A stretch of 64,000 nt of DNA from Nemertoderma westbladi (GCA_032718475.1 JAUCBJ010006028.1:1-64000); one strand, 5' to 3'; counted from the first letter of the stretch, positions 54,801 through 63,914 are shown. Numbers and translations are program-made. Notes: a model not told the origin generated them from the letters alone.

Positions 54801-57800
54801 TAGTTTCGCAAACCGATAGTGAGTGAGAATAGTTCCTCTGCCGATAATGAGTGAGAATAGTTCTTCGACCGATAGTGAGTGAGAATAGTTCCTCAAACCG
54901 ATAGTGAGTGAGAATAGTTCCTCAACCCTATAGTGAGTGAGAATAGATCCTCAAACCGATAGTGAGTGAGAATAGTTCTTCAAACCGATAGTGAGTGAGA
55001 ATAGTTCCTCAACCGATAGTGAGTGAGAATAGTTCCTCAAACCGATAGTGAGTGAGATTAGTTATTCAAGCCGATAGTGAGTGAGAATAGTTCCTCAACC
55101 GATAGTGAGTGAGAATAGTTCCTCAAACCGATAGTGAGTGATAATAGTTCCTCAAACCGATAGTGAGTGAGAATAGTTCCTCAACCGATAGTGAGTGAGA
55201 ATAGTTTCTCAACCGATAGTGAGTGAGAATAGTTCCTCTGCCGATAATGAGTGAGAATAGTTTCTCAAACCGATAGTGAGTGAGAATAGTTTCTCAACCG
55301 ATAGTGAGTGACAATAGTTTCTCAACCGATAGTGAGTGACAATAGTTCATCAACCGATAGTGAGTGAGAATAATTCCTCTGCCGATAATGGGTGAGAATA
55401 GTTCCTCGAACCGATAGTGAGTGCGAATAGTTCCTCAACCGATAATGAGTGACAATAGTTCCTCTGCCGATAATGGGTGAGAATAGTTCCTCAAACCGAT
55501 AGTGAATGAGAATAGTTCATCAACCGATAATGAGTGAGAATAGTTCCTATGTCGATAATGGGTGAGAATAGTTCCTCAAACCGATAGTGAGTGAGAATAG
55601 TTCCTCTGCCGATAATGGGTGAGAATAGTTCCTCAAACCGATAGTGAGTGAGAATAGTTCCTCTGCCGATAATGGGTGAGAATAGTTCCTCAAACCGATA
55701 GTGAGTGAGAATAGTTCCTCAACCGATAGTGAGTGAGAATAGTTCCTCAAACCGATAGTGAGTGAGAATAGTTCCTCAACGCGATAGTGAGTGAGAATAG
55801 ATCCTCAAACCGATAGTGAGTGAGAATAGTTCTTCAAACCGATAGTGAGTGAGAATAGTTCATCAACCGATAGTGAGTGAGAATAGTTCTTCAAACCGAT
55901 AGTGAGTGAGAATAGTTCCTCTGCCGATAATGGGTGAGAATAGTTCCTCAAACCGATAGTGAGTGAGAATAGTTCCTCTGCCGATAATGGGTGAGAATAG
56001 TTCCTCAAACCGATAGTGAGTGAGAATAGTTCCTCAACCGATAATGAGTGACAATAGTTCCTCTGCCGATAGTGAGTGAGAATAGTTCCTCTGCCGATAG
56101 TGAGTGAGAATAGTTCCTCAACCGATAGTGAGTGAGAATAGTTCCTCAAACCGATAGTGAGTGAGAATAGTTCCTCAAACCGATAGTGAGTGAGAATAGT
56201 TCCTCTGCCGATAATGGGTGAGAATAGTTCCTCAAACCGATAGTGAGTGAGAATAGTTCCTCAACCGATAATGAGTGACAATAGTTCCTCTGCCGATAGT
56301 GAGTGAGAATAGTTCCTCTGCCGATAATGGGTGAGAATAGTTCCTCAAACCGATAGTGAGTGAGAATAGTTCCTCGGCCGATAATGGGTGAGAATAGTTC
56401 CTCGGCCGATAATGGGTGAGAATAGTTCCTCAAACCGATAGTGAGTGAGAATAGTTCCTCAACCGATAATGAGTGACAATAGTTCCTCTACCGATAATGG
56501 GTGAGAATAGTTCCTCAAACCTATAGTGAGTGAGAATAGATCCTCAAACCGATAGTGAGTGAGAATAGTTCTTCAAACCGATAGTGAGTGAGAATAGTTC
56601 CTCAACCGATAGTGAGTGAGAATAGTTCCTCAAACCGATAGTGAGTGAGATTAGTTATTCAAGCCGATAGTGAGTGAGAATAGTTCCTCAACCGATAGTG
56701 AGTGAGAATAGTTCCTCAAACCGATAGTGAGTGATAATAGTTCCTCAAACCGATAGTGAGTGAGAATAGTTCCTCAACCGATAGTGAGTGAGAATAGTTT
56801 CTCAACCGATAGTGAGTGAGAATAGTTCCTCTGCCGATAATGAGTGAGAATAGTTTCTCAAACCGATAGTGAGTGAGAATAGTTTCTCAACCGATAGTGA
56901 GTGACAATAGTTTCTCAACCGATAGTGAGTGACAATAGTTCATCAACCGATAGTGAGTGAGAATAATTCCTCTGCCGATAATGGGTGAGAATAGTTCCTC
57001 GAACCGATAGTGAGTGCGAATAGTTCCTCAACCGATAATGAGTGACAATAGTTCCTCTGCCGATAATGGGTGAGAATAGTTCCTCAAACCGATAGTGAAT
57101 GAGAATAGTTCATCAACCGATAATGAGTGAGAATAGTTCCTATGTCGATAATGGGTGAGAATAGTTCCTCAAACCGATAGTGAGTGAGAATAGTTCCTCT
57201 GCCGATAATGGGTGAGAATAGTTCCTCAAACCGATAGTGAGTGAGAATAGTTCCTCTGCCGATAATGGGTGAGAATAGTTCCTCAAACCGATAGTGAGTG
57301 AGAATAGTTCCTCAACCGATAGTGAGTGAGAATAGTTCCTCAAACCGATAGTGAGTGAGAATAGTTCCTCAACGCGATAGTGAGTGAGAATAGATCCTCA
57401 AACCGATAGTGAGTGAGAATAGTTCTTCAAACCGATAGTGAGTGAGAATAGTTCATCAACCGATAGTGAGTGAGAATAGTTCTTCAAACCGATAGTGAGT
57501 GAGAATAGTTCCTCTGCCGATAATGGGTGAGAATAGTTCCTCAAACCGATAGTGAGTGAGAATAGTTCCTCTGCCGATAATGGGTGAGAATAGTTCCTCA
57601 AACCGATAGTGAGTGAGAATAGTTCCTCAACCGATAATGAGTGACAATAGTTCCTCTGCCGATAGTGAGTGAGAATAGTTCCTCTGCCGATAGTGAGTGA
57701 GAATAGTTCCTCAACCGATAGTGAGTGAGAATAGTTCCTCAAACCGATAGTGAGTGAGAATAGTTCCTCAAACCGATAGTGAGTGAGAATAGTTCCTCTG

Positions 57801-60800
57801 CCGATAATGGGTGAGAATAGTTCCTCAAACCGATAGTGAGTGAGAATAGTTCCTCAACCGATAATGAGTGACAATAGTTCCTCTGCCGATAGTGAGTGAG
57901 AATAGTTCCTCTGCCGATAATGGGTGAGAATAGTTCCTCAAACCGATAGTGAGTGAGAATAGTTCCTCGGCCGATAATGGGTGAGAATAGTTCCTCGGCC
58001 GATAATGGGTGAGAATAGTTCCTCAAACCGATAGTGAGTGAGAATAGTTCCTCAACCGATAATGAGTGACAATAGTTCCTCTACCGATAATGGGTGAGAA
58101 TAGTTCCTCAAACCGATAGTGAGTGAGAATAGTTCCTCGGCCGATAATGGGTGAGAATAGTTCCTCAAACCGATAGTGAGTGAGAATAGTTCCTCAACCG
58201 ATAATGAGTGACAATAGTTCCTCTGCCGATAATGGGTGAGAATAGTTCCTCAAACCGATAGTGAGTGAGAATAGTTTCTGAACCGATAGTGGGTGAGAAT
58301 AGTTTCTGAACCGATAGTGGGTGTGAAGATCATTTATAGTTCCACTTTTTATAATTATTAGTTCCAAGATTATCAGTTAAAAGAGTTTTATTAATAATTT
58401 ATATATTAAACATCATCCTTCCTTACCAGGCGCGTTTGCTCACTTACGTTCTCACACACACCCACCTACCGGGTCTAACTGGTTTAGACCAAATTCACCT
58501 TCTAGCGTTGGCCGATGTGATTGGTTCCTTCCAATCAGACGGCTTGGGGACTTCGATTCAGCCCAACAGGCAGGACAGTAGGAATACCGGTAAGGAATAA
58601 AATCGTACTGGTGCGGATGATTCCTGTATATGGTTAACCCTTAAACTGGTGACGATTTTTCTAAAACGCCATCTCCATTTGGTGAAAACTCACATATGAG
58701 TTACAGTAAAACCGTTCTGACTTGGTTTCAACTCACATATGAGTTTCGGCTATACTTTTGTTTATCAGCTGTCAGGAAGGAAGCATTGACTTATATGTCG
58801 ACGACAATAGGCCCTGTATTGGGCCGTTGATAAGCTTTATAACAGTAGTTGTATCGGCTTCACACGATCAGTATAGGCTAAACAAGACGGTAGTAAAGTG
58901 TGGGAAAATTGTAAAATTTCAACTAATGGCCGTTTCATTATTATAAGTTTATTATAGGAAGGGATCTAGGGGTCTTAACCTCGAATGATAAGTTTATTAC
59001 CCGCTGGATAATGTTGCACATTATGTACGGTACAGTACATCCTCTTCTGTCGACGAAGTTGCGTAATATTTCCATTTTCGAATAAAAATATATTTTTTAT
59101 TCTTAGCAGTATTTTTTATTCTTAGCAGTATTTTTTACTCTTAGCAGTATTTTTTACTCTTAGCAGTATTTTTTATTCTTAGCAGTATTTCAAAGAAACC
59201 AATGGCAATCATATAATAAAGCCTAATTGGTGATCTAATGCTGCAATATTGAGTTAGGCATGGCTTCCGTCGCACTACGGATGGAGCCAGTTCCTATTTA
59301 GAGTGGCCAAGGACTTTGCTGATTAAAGATATATTGGCATAGTAGTATTACACTCTGACAGCTTTATAAAATACAATTGGTTTTATGGTACGTGTTTGTA
59401 TTTATAGTAGAAGTTATAAGGCCAACAATAACAACTATAATTAGTCCAGACTGTAACGGGTATGCTGGAATTCCTTGCAGGTGGTGAGAGTTTAGATGAA
59501 TGCGGCGTTAAGTTCCTTATAGCAATGCGACTGCATTCCTGTCTGAGTCGTTCATTGCCTCCTTACGAACGCGCTAAGTTGCGTCAGCGGGGTCTGGATT
59601 CCAGCTACTTTGCTTGGGCCTTCCATTCCGAGACTCAGGCCGCTTTAATTGAACTCATTCCAGGTTGGAATTCCTCGTATAATGCACCATGGGTGTTGCG
59701 TCTAATTTATTTACACAAAAAATGGAACAAGCGGCTCTTCATATTTATTTAAAAAAAAGCCTGGTGTTTTAATGAACTCACAAAATGATTGATTTGGCGA
59801 AATTCACTATTACATGACCTTTTAACATTTTAATTTTTTGTTACCGACTACTTAATTTTTACATATAAACTTTAGGCGTAAAGAAAGGCAGTCCAACATG
59901 GTCCGAACTCAAAAGTCTAGGGGTCGGGTGGTGGCTGCGTTCTATAACGTTACTCAAGCGGTTAGTGGAGCAACTAGCTAAGTCGGCTTTCCAATCCCGA
60001 CAAGATCCGCTAGATGCCGCATTCTACTACCTGGCCATGGGGAAGAAATCGTTGGTGACCGCCTTGTTTCGGTCAGTTCGCGATTCCAAAATGACGAATT
60101 TCTTCCAAAATGATTTCACCCAGGACAGGTAAAAGTCAATTTAATTAATAAAAATCTGTCACTTAAAAAAGCTATGTTTTATAACGGAAAAGGGGGCGTT
60201 CATAAAGTATGTCACGCACTAGGGGGGGGAGGGGGGGCGGGTTAGAGCTTGCAGACAGAGGGGGGAGGGGGTGTCGACTTTTGTGACGGTCACGGCGATG
60301 TTCTATGCTTTAATGTTAGCTTGGCTTTGACATTCACACTTGTGTAGAAGAGTGGGTAACTTTAAGGAAAACAATAAACTCAATAACATTAAGTATAATC
60401 GATAAATTGAGTAGGACATAGAAGCCATTGACTCCAACACTGTAATACCTGTTAGTAATATAGAATAAGAACACTTGACTTGCCCGTAGGAAAATGTAGA
60501 TATAGTGATTGAATTGATATTGTATTTTGGCATAACAAACATTGTGTATTATTACCAAAATATTTTTTGTCGAGGCGGGGCGGTTTCGACAAAACGGGGC
60601 GGGTGATTTCACAGTTCTGTTTCATTGTTTAACTTTATATCAGATTGGTTGCCGAGGATTAAATAATAATGCCACTTTTTCAAGAGTTTTGGTAATGTAA
60701 ATGTCGGTGCTTTTGGTAAAATATAAAACTCATTATTGGTTGCTATTGTGTATCTCTAGATGGCGTAAAGCTGCACTGAAGAACGCCTACGCGTTGTTAG

Positions 60801-61456
60801 GGAAACAACGTTTCGAACAGGCGGCTGGATTCTTTCTACTCTGTGACCATCTGGACGACGCCCTTGAGGTCTGTATTAACAGACTACACGACCCCCAATT
60901 GGCTATCATTATCAGTCGATTACAGGAGGACTCTGTGGAACTCACCTTGCATAATCGTCAGTTAGTATCAGTTTAGCGATGATATCTACTGATTCTACTT
61001 AAAGACTGTATTTAATCATTATAGTTACAATTATTTTCATGATCACAATATGATCAGCAAATCTTAACTCTCATTGGTTCATGTTCAATTGGATTGTGTC
61101 TTTGGTTATAAAATGGGAAGTACTAATGTGAGTAAATTAGATAAATTTGAAAGTAATGCAATTTTGTATTTTTTTAGGATACTTTACGAGACACTGAGTG
61201 ACCAAGACCCGTTTCTACGGAGTATGAGTCATTGGTTACTAGGGCAATACCCTGAGTCCTTGGAGACTCTTTTAGTCCAATCATCGTTTACAGACAGTAA
61301 CAGCCATTCTGTTCCCGCCTCTTCTGTTAACCAAATCCCCCAGACATTCTCTACATCTCCGAGATCATCATCAACTCCTTCTTCTGTTTTTAATTTTTAT
61401 AATCATCTGCGATGTCATCCGTTGTTGCTACGGAGACAGACACATTCCTTATCCGC
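701..61456 (+). CDS. DMXL: DmX-like / Rabconnectin-3 alpha WD40-RAV1 protein (V-ATPase assembly scaffold), partial: 23 internal coding exons, both ends outside the window
   Basis: Manual splicing of 23 GT-AG exons gives one open frame with matching phases. Motifs characteristic of DMXL1/2 occur in the expected order: DMLYAIHSLDGSLLVW..WLDE, SGHRFH..VLPLLLTSSHHN, SELILWRVD.VGPLS.SGGVSELARI, AGHLSSSSIYPAC, VYECESTGGS.W.LED, LDWVSMEDGSHLLTV, LPQYHPKQL, LDECG.KFL, RWRKAALKNAYALLGKQRFE. Confidence 0.96.
1493..1645 (+). CDS. DMXL: DMXL exon b (CLLRSMMPLLLMEWQSTPDMLYAIHSLDGSLLVWLLDWLDEWPPNTHRQAQ)
   Basis: ccctccag acceptor, CAG|gtacc donor, conserved DGSLLVW..WLDE motif. Confidence 0.9.
1800..1935 (+). 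mobile_element. Possible tRNA-derived SINE fragment
   Basis: aaggtcccgagttcgatcc resembles a tRNA T-arm/Pol III B-box; no complete cloverleaf; boundaries approximate. Confidence 0.4.
2112..2351 (+). CDS. DMXL: DMXL exon c (VSFSSRIPLAFPAGDA...TKHGDGSINQWQ)
   Basis: ttttag acceptor, CAG|gttagt donor, 80 codons, conserved motifs; absent from the ORF track. Confidence 0.93.
2586..2820 (+). CDS. DMXL: DMXL exon d (MTFAPDSG...SGHRFHMLDVVAHAVLPLLLTSSHHN...)
   Basis: ttttag acceptor, TAG|gtaaaa donor (phase 1), conserved GHRFH/LPLLLT.SHHN. Confidence 0.93.
3662..3835 (+). CDS. DMXL: DMXL exon e (...NSELILWRVDSVGPLSKS)
   Basis: cctcag acceptor, G|gtgagt donor. It joins in phase to 43128 to give the conserved VGPLSKSGGVSELARI. 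Confidence 0.93.
4167..40568. repeat. 31-bp satellite, about 1170 copies (36.4 kb), intronic
   Basis: Unit tgatgtttgttgtttatg(gt/ac)ctgtatccagc repeated head to tail without interruption. Confidence 0.99.
40638..42290 (-). CDS. Nested intronless 550-aa protein with degenerate leucine-rich repeats (FBXL/PRAME/ZYG11-like architecture suspected)
   Basis: Uninterrupted 1653-nt non-repetitive ORF with ATG and TAA. It has recurring LRR-like motifs (CHKLIVLHI, LERLQELGIQWC, FPNLSELEL, LPQVTALTL, FPNLMSLEL, LPSLTKLSI, CKKLEHFQV). The family assignment is inference. Confidence 0.8.
   Translation of the reverse strand: MMDKIPIVILNNNCRLLSLKEVGVVNVIKALVRGIVNAESRRWECHAIGYQHNDHCSVLCEWLDKLPKKLLIELRKFILHAFVMAFKQLQLKYKELPRTGVPQQEPLLGDLMDTYRDLYLDQYFGSVHLIIDDEFYEEFHPDNLKVIKIILRWLPRISNEIRSLIVLYSYRQRYIGILNTVFTSEFPLLTTIKVSHIEDAALSGIVNNCHKLIVLHIPKSNITIDTALKLKRLERLQELGIQWCCGLTHANIISLHRSLPHVEILTSESANLLRESFHSKEHFDELIKGHKINLSLRFLYIHHPGPQLIIADYHIQDVDRSGDQLKRIELECDDPLDLQLLDQFTKFPNLSELELIWIPTEFPNFISNTTVRNARLPQVTALTLAVQHIAYEPIPVRFDEIGLIFPNLMSLELEDGLLIENPTDYVISSVRSLHITTDNFRNLMTTLRSLPSLTKLSIDLASPLYKRSIEKKMVDDIKGVVDSGRFDDLIAFTLYFYDPGANTRFAYAYGLSTGIREALANAVWKRCKKLEHFQVSDNLSTYCTVRDMTE
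43128..43339 (+). CDS. DMXL: DMXL exon f (GGVSELARIQSPRSTAFSHIAWVPTILP...LYQAVVDARSLL)
   Basis: cctatag acceptor, CAG|gtaatt donor, conserved motifs. Confidence 0.94.
43463..43591 (+). CDS. DMXL: DMXL exon g (EEQRQK...FNVISSQSTGRPGCIIELGSLDQSSQ)
   Basis: ctaat branch-like motif plus tttag acceptor, CAG|gttaga donor, conserved QST.RPGCIIEL. Confidence 0.92.
43905..44060 (+). mobile_element. Possible tRNA-derived SINE fragment
   Basis: ggaggtcgtgggttcgatccccac T-arm/B-box with stem gtggg..cccac; no full cloverleaf; boundaries approximate. Confidence 0.45.
44180..45594 (+). repeat. 43-bp minisatellite, about 33 copies, made of a splice acceptor plus exon start
   Basis: Unit gactgggacagagtccagctaatgtacgtgtttgtttgtttag; the last copy runs into exon h. 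Confidence 0.97.
45566..45794 (+). CDS. DMXL: DMXL exon h (DWDRVQLMYVFPEQF...FFVVVLESDTIHMWFL...); its 5' end is the last unit of the 43-bp array
   Basis: tttag acceptor at 45564-45565, phase 0; T|gttagt donor, phase 1. An alternative phase-1 donor C|gtaatt lies after 45764. Confidence 0.88.
46115..46290 (+). CDS. DMXL: DMXL exon i (TKKLITQS...LHVNTKK)
   Basis: ttacag acceptor, AAG|gtataa donor, phases 1 and 0 match the neighbours. Confidence 0.82.
46629..46818 (+). CDS. DMXL: DMXL exon j (VYCKALPLP...AGHLSSSSIYPACTAPYLIATSCTDSYLRFWTC)
   Basis: tcacag acceptor, GAG|gttggt donor, highly conserved motif. Confidence 0.93.
46928..47178 (+). CDS. DMXL: DMXL exon k (...VSVYECESTGGSKWVLEDILKPGSPI)
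   Basis: cgcag acceptor, ATT|gtaagt donor, conserved CESTGGS. Confidence 0.92.
47444..47644 (+). CDS. DMXL: DMXL exon l (linker, PATPPIQPV...PPFMYK)
   Basis: C-rich tract plus cag acceptor, AAG|gtgagt donor, 67 open codons, phase 0/0. Confidence 0.82.
47810..48022 (+). CDS. DMXL: DMXL exon m (...LQLDWVSMEDGSHLLTVAVGSRV...ALMRQ)
   Basis: ttttag acceptor, CAG|gtttgt donor, conserved LDWVS.EDGSH.LTV. Confidence 0.92.
48161..49045 (+). repeat. 69-bp minisatellite, about 13 copies, made of a splice acceptor plus exon start
   Basis: Unit ccgagtgtagctgctacacttctgtccccgtagcctccctctgttgtagccgtctctgtatccttttag; the last copy runs into exon n. Confidence 0.97.
49017..49248 (+). CDS. DMXL: DMXL exon n (PSVAATLLSPTPVEI...RWMQLREIDLQSADGLP...LENEMHIYTQW); its 5' end is the last unit of the 69-bp array
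   Basis: ccttttag acceptor at 49015-49016, phase 0; TTG|gttagt donor; conserved DGLP/EMHIY.QW. Confidence 0.87.
49369..49503 (+). CDS. DMXL: DMXL exon o (linker; alternative in-phase acceptor would start at 49345)
   Basis: ctaac..tttatag acceptor, TTG|gtatgt donor, phase 1/1. Confidence 0.72.
49838..50005 (+). CDS. DMXL: DMXL exon p (GLFEEARLVAPVLPQYHPKQLQELLSSGKMKRVKAILAHLV)
   Basis: tttag acceptor, TAG|gttagt donor, Rav1p_C-region motif LPQYHP. Confidence 0.95.
50190..50620. repeat. 32-bp minisatellite, about 13.5 copies, ending at the exon q acceptor
   Basis: Unit cactttatttcattataaacattacgagtctg. Confidence 0.96.
50622..50889 (+). CDS. DMXL: DMXL exon q (...LDYVEITSIPPLPLHALLAVE...)
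   Basis: ttcattag acceptor, GA|gtaagc donor (phase 2), conserved DY.EI.SIPPLPL.ALL. Confidence 0.92.
51116..51248 (+). CDS. DMXL: DMXL exon r (TTPDNYSSLF...SPSQFGPAQ)
   Basis: tattag acceptor, CAG|gtgaga donor, phases match. Confidence 0.9.
51249..58325. repeat. 28/29-bp satellite, about 250 copies (7.1 kb), starting at the exon r donor
   Basis: Unit gtgagaatagttcctca(a)accgatagtga with variants; higher-order duplications are present. Confidence 0.98.
58430..58589 (+). CDS. DMXL: DMXL exon s (ARLLTYVLTHTHLPGLTGLDQIHLLALADVI...)
   Basis: cttaccag acceptor, CCG|gtaagg donor, conserved LPGL..LDQ..LLALAD. Confidence 0.94.
59091..59190. repeat. 19-bp tandem repeat, 5 copies
   Basis: Unit tatttttta(t/c)tcttagcag. 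Confidence 0.93.
59481..59663 (+). CDS. DMXL: DMXL exon t (GGESLDECGVKFLIAMRLH...FAWAFHSETQ)
   Basis: cttgcag acceptor, CAG|gttgga donor, conserved motifs. Confidence 0.94.
59876..60128 (+). CDS. DMXL: DMXL exon u (PTWSELKSLGVGWWLRS...DPLDAAFYYLAMGKK...FFQNDFTQD)
   Basis: tttag acceptor, AG|gtaaaa donor, Rav1p_C core motifs. Confidence 0.95.
60191..60290 (+). mobile_element. Possible end fragment of a non-autonomous DNA transposon (MITE-like)
   Basis: ggggcgttcataaagtatgtcacgcactagggggggaggggg resembles termini of common invertebrate MITE-like repeats as I recall them; no matching opposite end found. Confidence 0.3.
60760..60960 (+). CDS. DMXL: DMXL exon v (RWRKAALKNAYALLGKQRFEQAAGFFLL...)
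   Basis: ctctag acceptor, CA|gttagt donor, hallmark Rav1p_C motif. Confidence 0.95.
61178..61456 (+). CDS. DMXL: DMXL exon w (DPFLRSMSHWLLGQYPESLETLL...VFNFYNHLRCHPLLLRR)
   Basis: ttttag acceptor, GC|gttagt donor, conserved DPFLRSM and FNFYN.LR.HPLL. Confidence 0.92.
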
Positions 61457-61656
61457 GTTAGTAATTAATATTTAATATTAATTAACTGTTTCGGGATGGG
61501 GGGGGGGGGGGGGGGGGTATGTATCCAGGGGAATTGAGAAGCTAGTCCTGTCACTCTATGTTGTATTAATTTAAGTAATACTGCACCTATAATTACCGAT
61601 AAAAGTGTCATATTTTGATGACACGACGACCCCCTCTTATTTTTCTACAAGACGTT

Positions 61657-63914
61657 ATATGACCTTGATTATATTGCAGCTGGTAGGTATACTGTCCTTT
61701 ATTCTATTGCAGCTGGTAGGTATACTGCCCTTCATTATATTGCAGCTGGCACAAATGTCCTTGATTCTATTGCAGCTGGCATATGACCTTGATTCTGGCA
61801 TACATGACCATGATTATATTGCAGCTGGCACAAATGTCATTGGTTCTATTGCAGCTGGCATATGCCTTTGATAATATTGCAGCTGGTATACGTCATGTCC
61901 TTGATTCTATTGCAGCTGGCATACATGGCCTTTATTATATTGCAGCTGGTAGGTATACTGTCCTTGATTCTATTGCAGCTGGCATGCATGTCCTTTATTC
62001 TATTGCAGCTGGCACACATGACATTGATTCTATTGCAGCTGGCATACATGGCCTTTATTATATTGCAGCTGGTAGGTATACTGGCCTTTATTCTATTGCA
62101 GCTGGCACAAATGTCGTTGATTCTATTGCAGCTGGTAGGTTAACTGTCCTTTATTCTATTGCAGCTGGCACAAATGACATTGATTCTATTGCAGCTGATA
62201 TACATGACCTTGATTCTATTGCAGCTGATATACGTCATGTCCTTTATTCTATTGCAGCTGGTAGGTATACTGCCCTTGATTCTATTGCAGCTGATATACA
62301 TGACCTTGATTCTATTGCAGCTGGCATATGACCTTGATTCTGGCATACATGACCAGGATTATATTGCAGCTGGCACAAATGTCATTGGTTCTATTGCAGC
62401 TGGCATATGCCTTTGATAATATTGCAGCTGATATACGTCATGTCCTTGATTCTATTGCAGCTGGCATATGACCTTGATTCTGGCATACATGACCAGGATT
62501 ATATTGCAGCTGGCACAAATGTCATTGGTTCTATTGCAGCTGGCATATGCCTTTGATAATATTGCAGCTGATATACGTCATGTCCTTGATTCTATTGCAG
62601 CTGGCATATGCCTTTGATAATATTGCAGCTGATATACGTCATGTCCTTGATTCTATTGCAGCTGGCATACATGGCCTTTATTATATTGCAGCTGGTAGGT
62701 ATACTGGCCTTTATTCTATTGCAGCTGGCACAAATGTCGTTGATTCTATTGCAGCTGGTAGGTTAACTGTCCTTTATTCTATTGCAGCTGGCACAAATGA
62801 CATTGATTCTATTGCAGCTGATATACATGACCTTGATTCTATTGCAGCTGGCATATGACCTTGATTCTGGCATACATGACCATGATTATATTGCAGCTGG
62901 CACAAATGTCATTGGTTCTATTGCAGCTGGCATATGTCTTTGATAATATTGCAGCTGGTATACGTCATGTCCTTTATTCTATTGCAGCTGGCACACATGT
63001 CCTTGATTCTATTGCAGCTGGCATACATGTCCTTTATTCTATTGCAGCTGGTAGGTATACTGTCCTTTATTCTATTGCAGCTGGCACAAATGTCCTTGAT
63101 TCTATTGCAGCTGGCATAATATGACCTTGATTCTGGCATACATGACCATGATTATATTGCAGCTGGCACAAAATGTCATTGGTTCTATTGCAGCTGGCAT
63201 ATGTCTGTGATAATATTGCAGCTGGTATACGTCATGTCCTTGATTCTATTACAGCTGGCATGCATGTCCTTTATTCTATTGCAGCTGGTAGGTAAACTGT
63301 CCTTTATTCTATTGCAGCTGGCACAAATGACATTGATTCTATTACAGCTGATATACATGACCTTGATTCTATTGCAGCTGGCATATGACCTTGATTCTGG
63401 CATACATGACCATGATTATATTGCAGCTGGCATATGTCTGTGATAATATTGCAGCTGGTATACATGACCTTGATTATATTGCAGCTGGTAGGTATACTGT
63501 CCTTTATTCTATTGCAGCTGGTAGGTATACTGTCCTTTATTCTATTGCAGCTGGCACACATGACATTGATTCTATTGCAGCTGGTAGTATACTGTCCTGG
63601 ATTATATTGCAGCTGGCATATGACCTTGATTCTATTACAGCTGGCATACATGGCCTTTATTATATTGCAGCTGGTAGGTATACTGCCCTTGATTCTATTG
63701 CAGCTGGCATGCATGTCCTTTATTCTATTGCAGCTGGCACACATGACATTGATTCTATTGCAGCTGGCATACATGTCCTTTATTATATTGCAGCTGATAG
63801 GTATAATCTCCTTGATTCTATTGCAGCTGGCACAAATGACATTGATTCTATTTCAGCTGGTAGGTATACTGTCATTGATTCTATTTCAGCTGGCATACAT
63901 GTCATTGATTCTAT
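61657..63914. repeat. Variable 28-33-bp minisatellite, roughly 70 units
   Basis: Constant core attctattgcagctgg with several interchangeable linkers (catacatgaccttg, taggtatactgtccttt, cacaaatgacattg). Confidence 0.96.

Noticed and set aside
51604-58026. Many minus-strand ORFs (RNYSHSLSVEELFSLTIG), weakly LRR-like
   Set aside because: They are frame-shifting translations of 28/29-bp units with non-ATG starts.
58687-58746. Twice-repeated hairpin aactcacatatgagtt, plus the inverted repeat ttttgtcga..tcgacaaaa near 60565-60595
   Set aside because: Too short to assign a function; probably transposon debris or chance.
61657-63914. CRISPR-like alternation of constant core and variable linker
   Set aside because: Linkers are short, related and reused, there are no cas genes, and the context is a eukaryotic intron.
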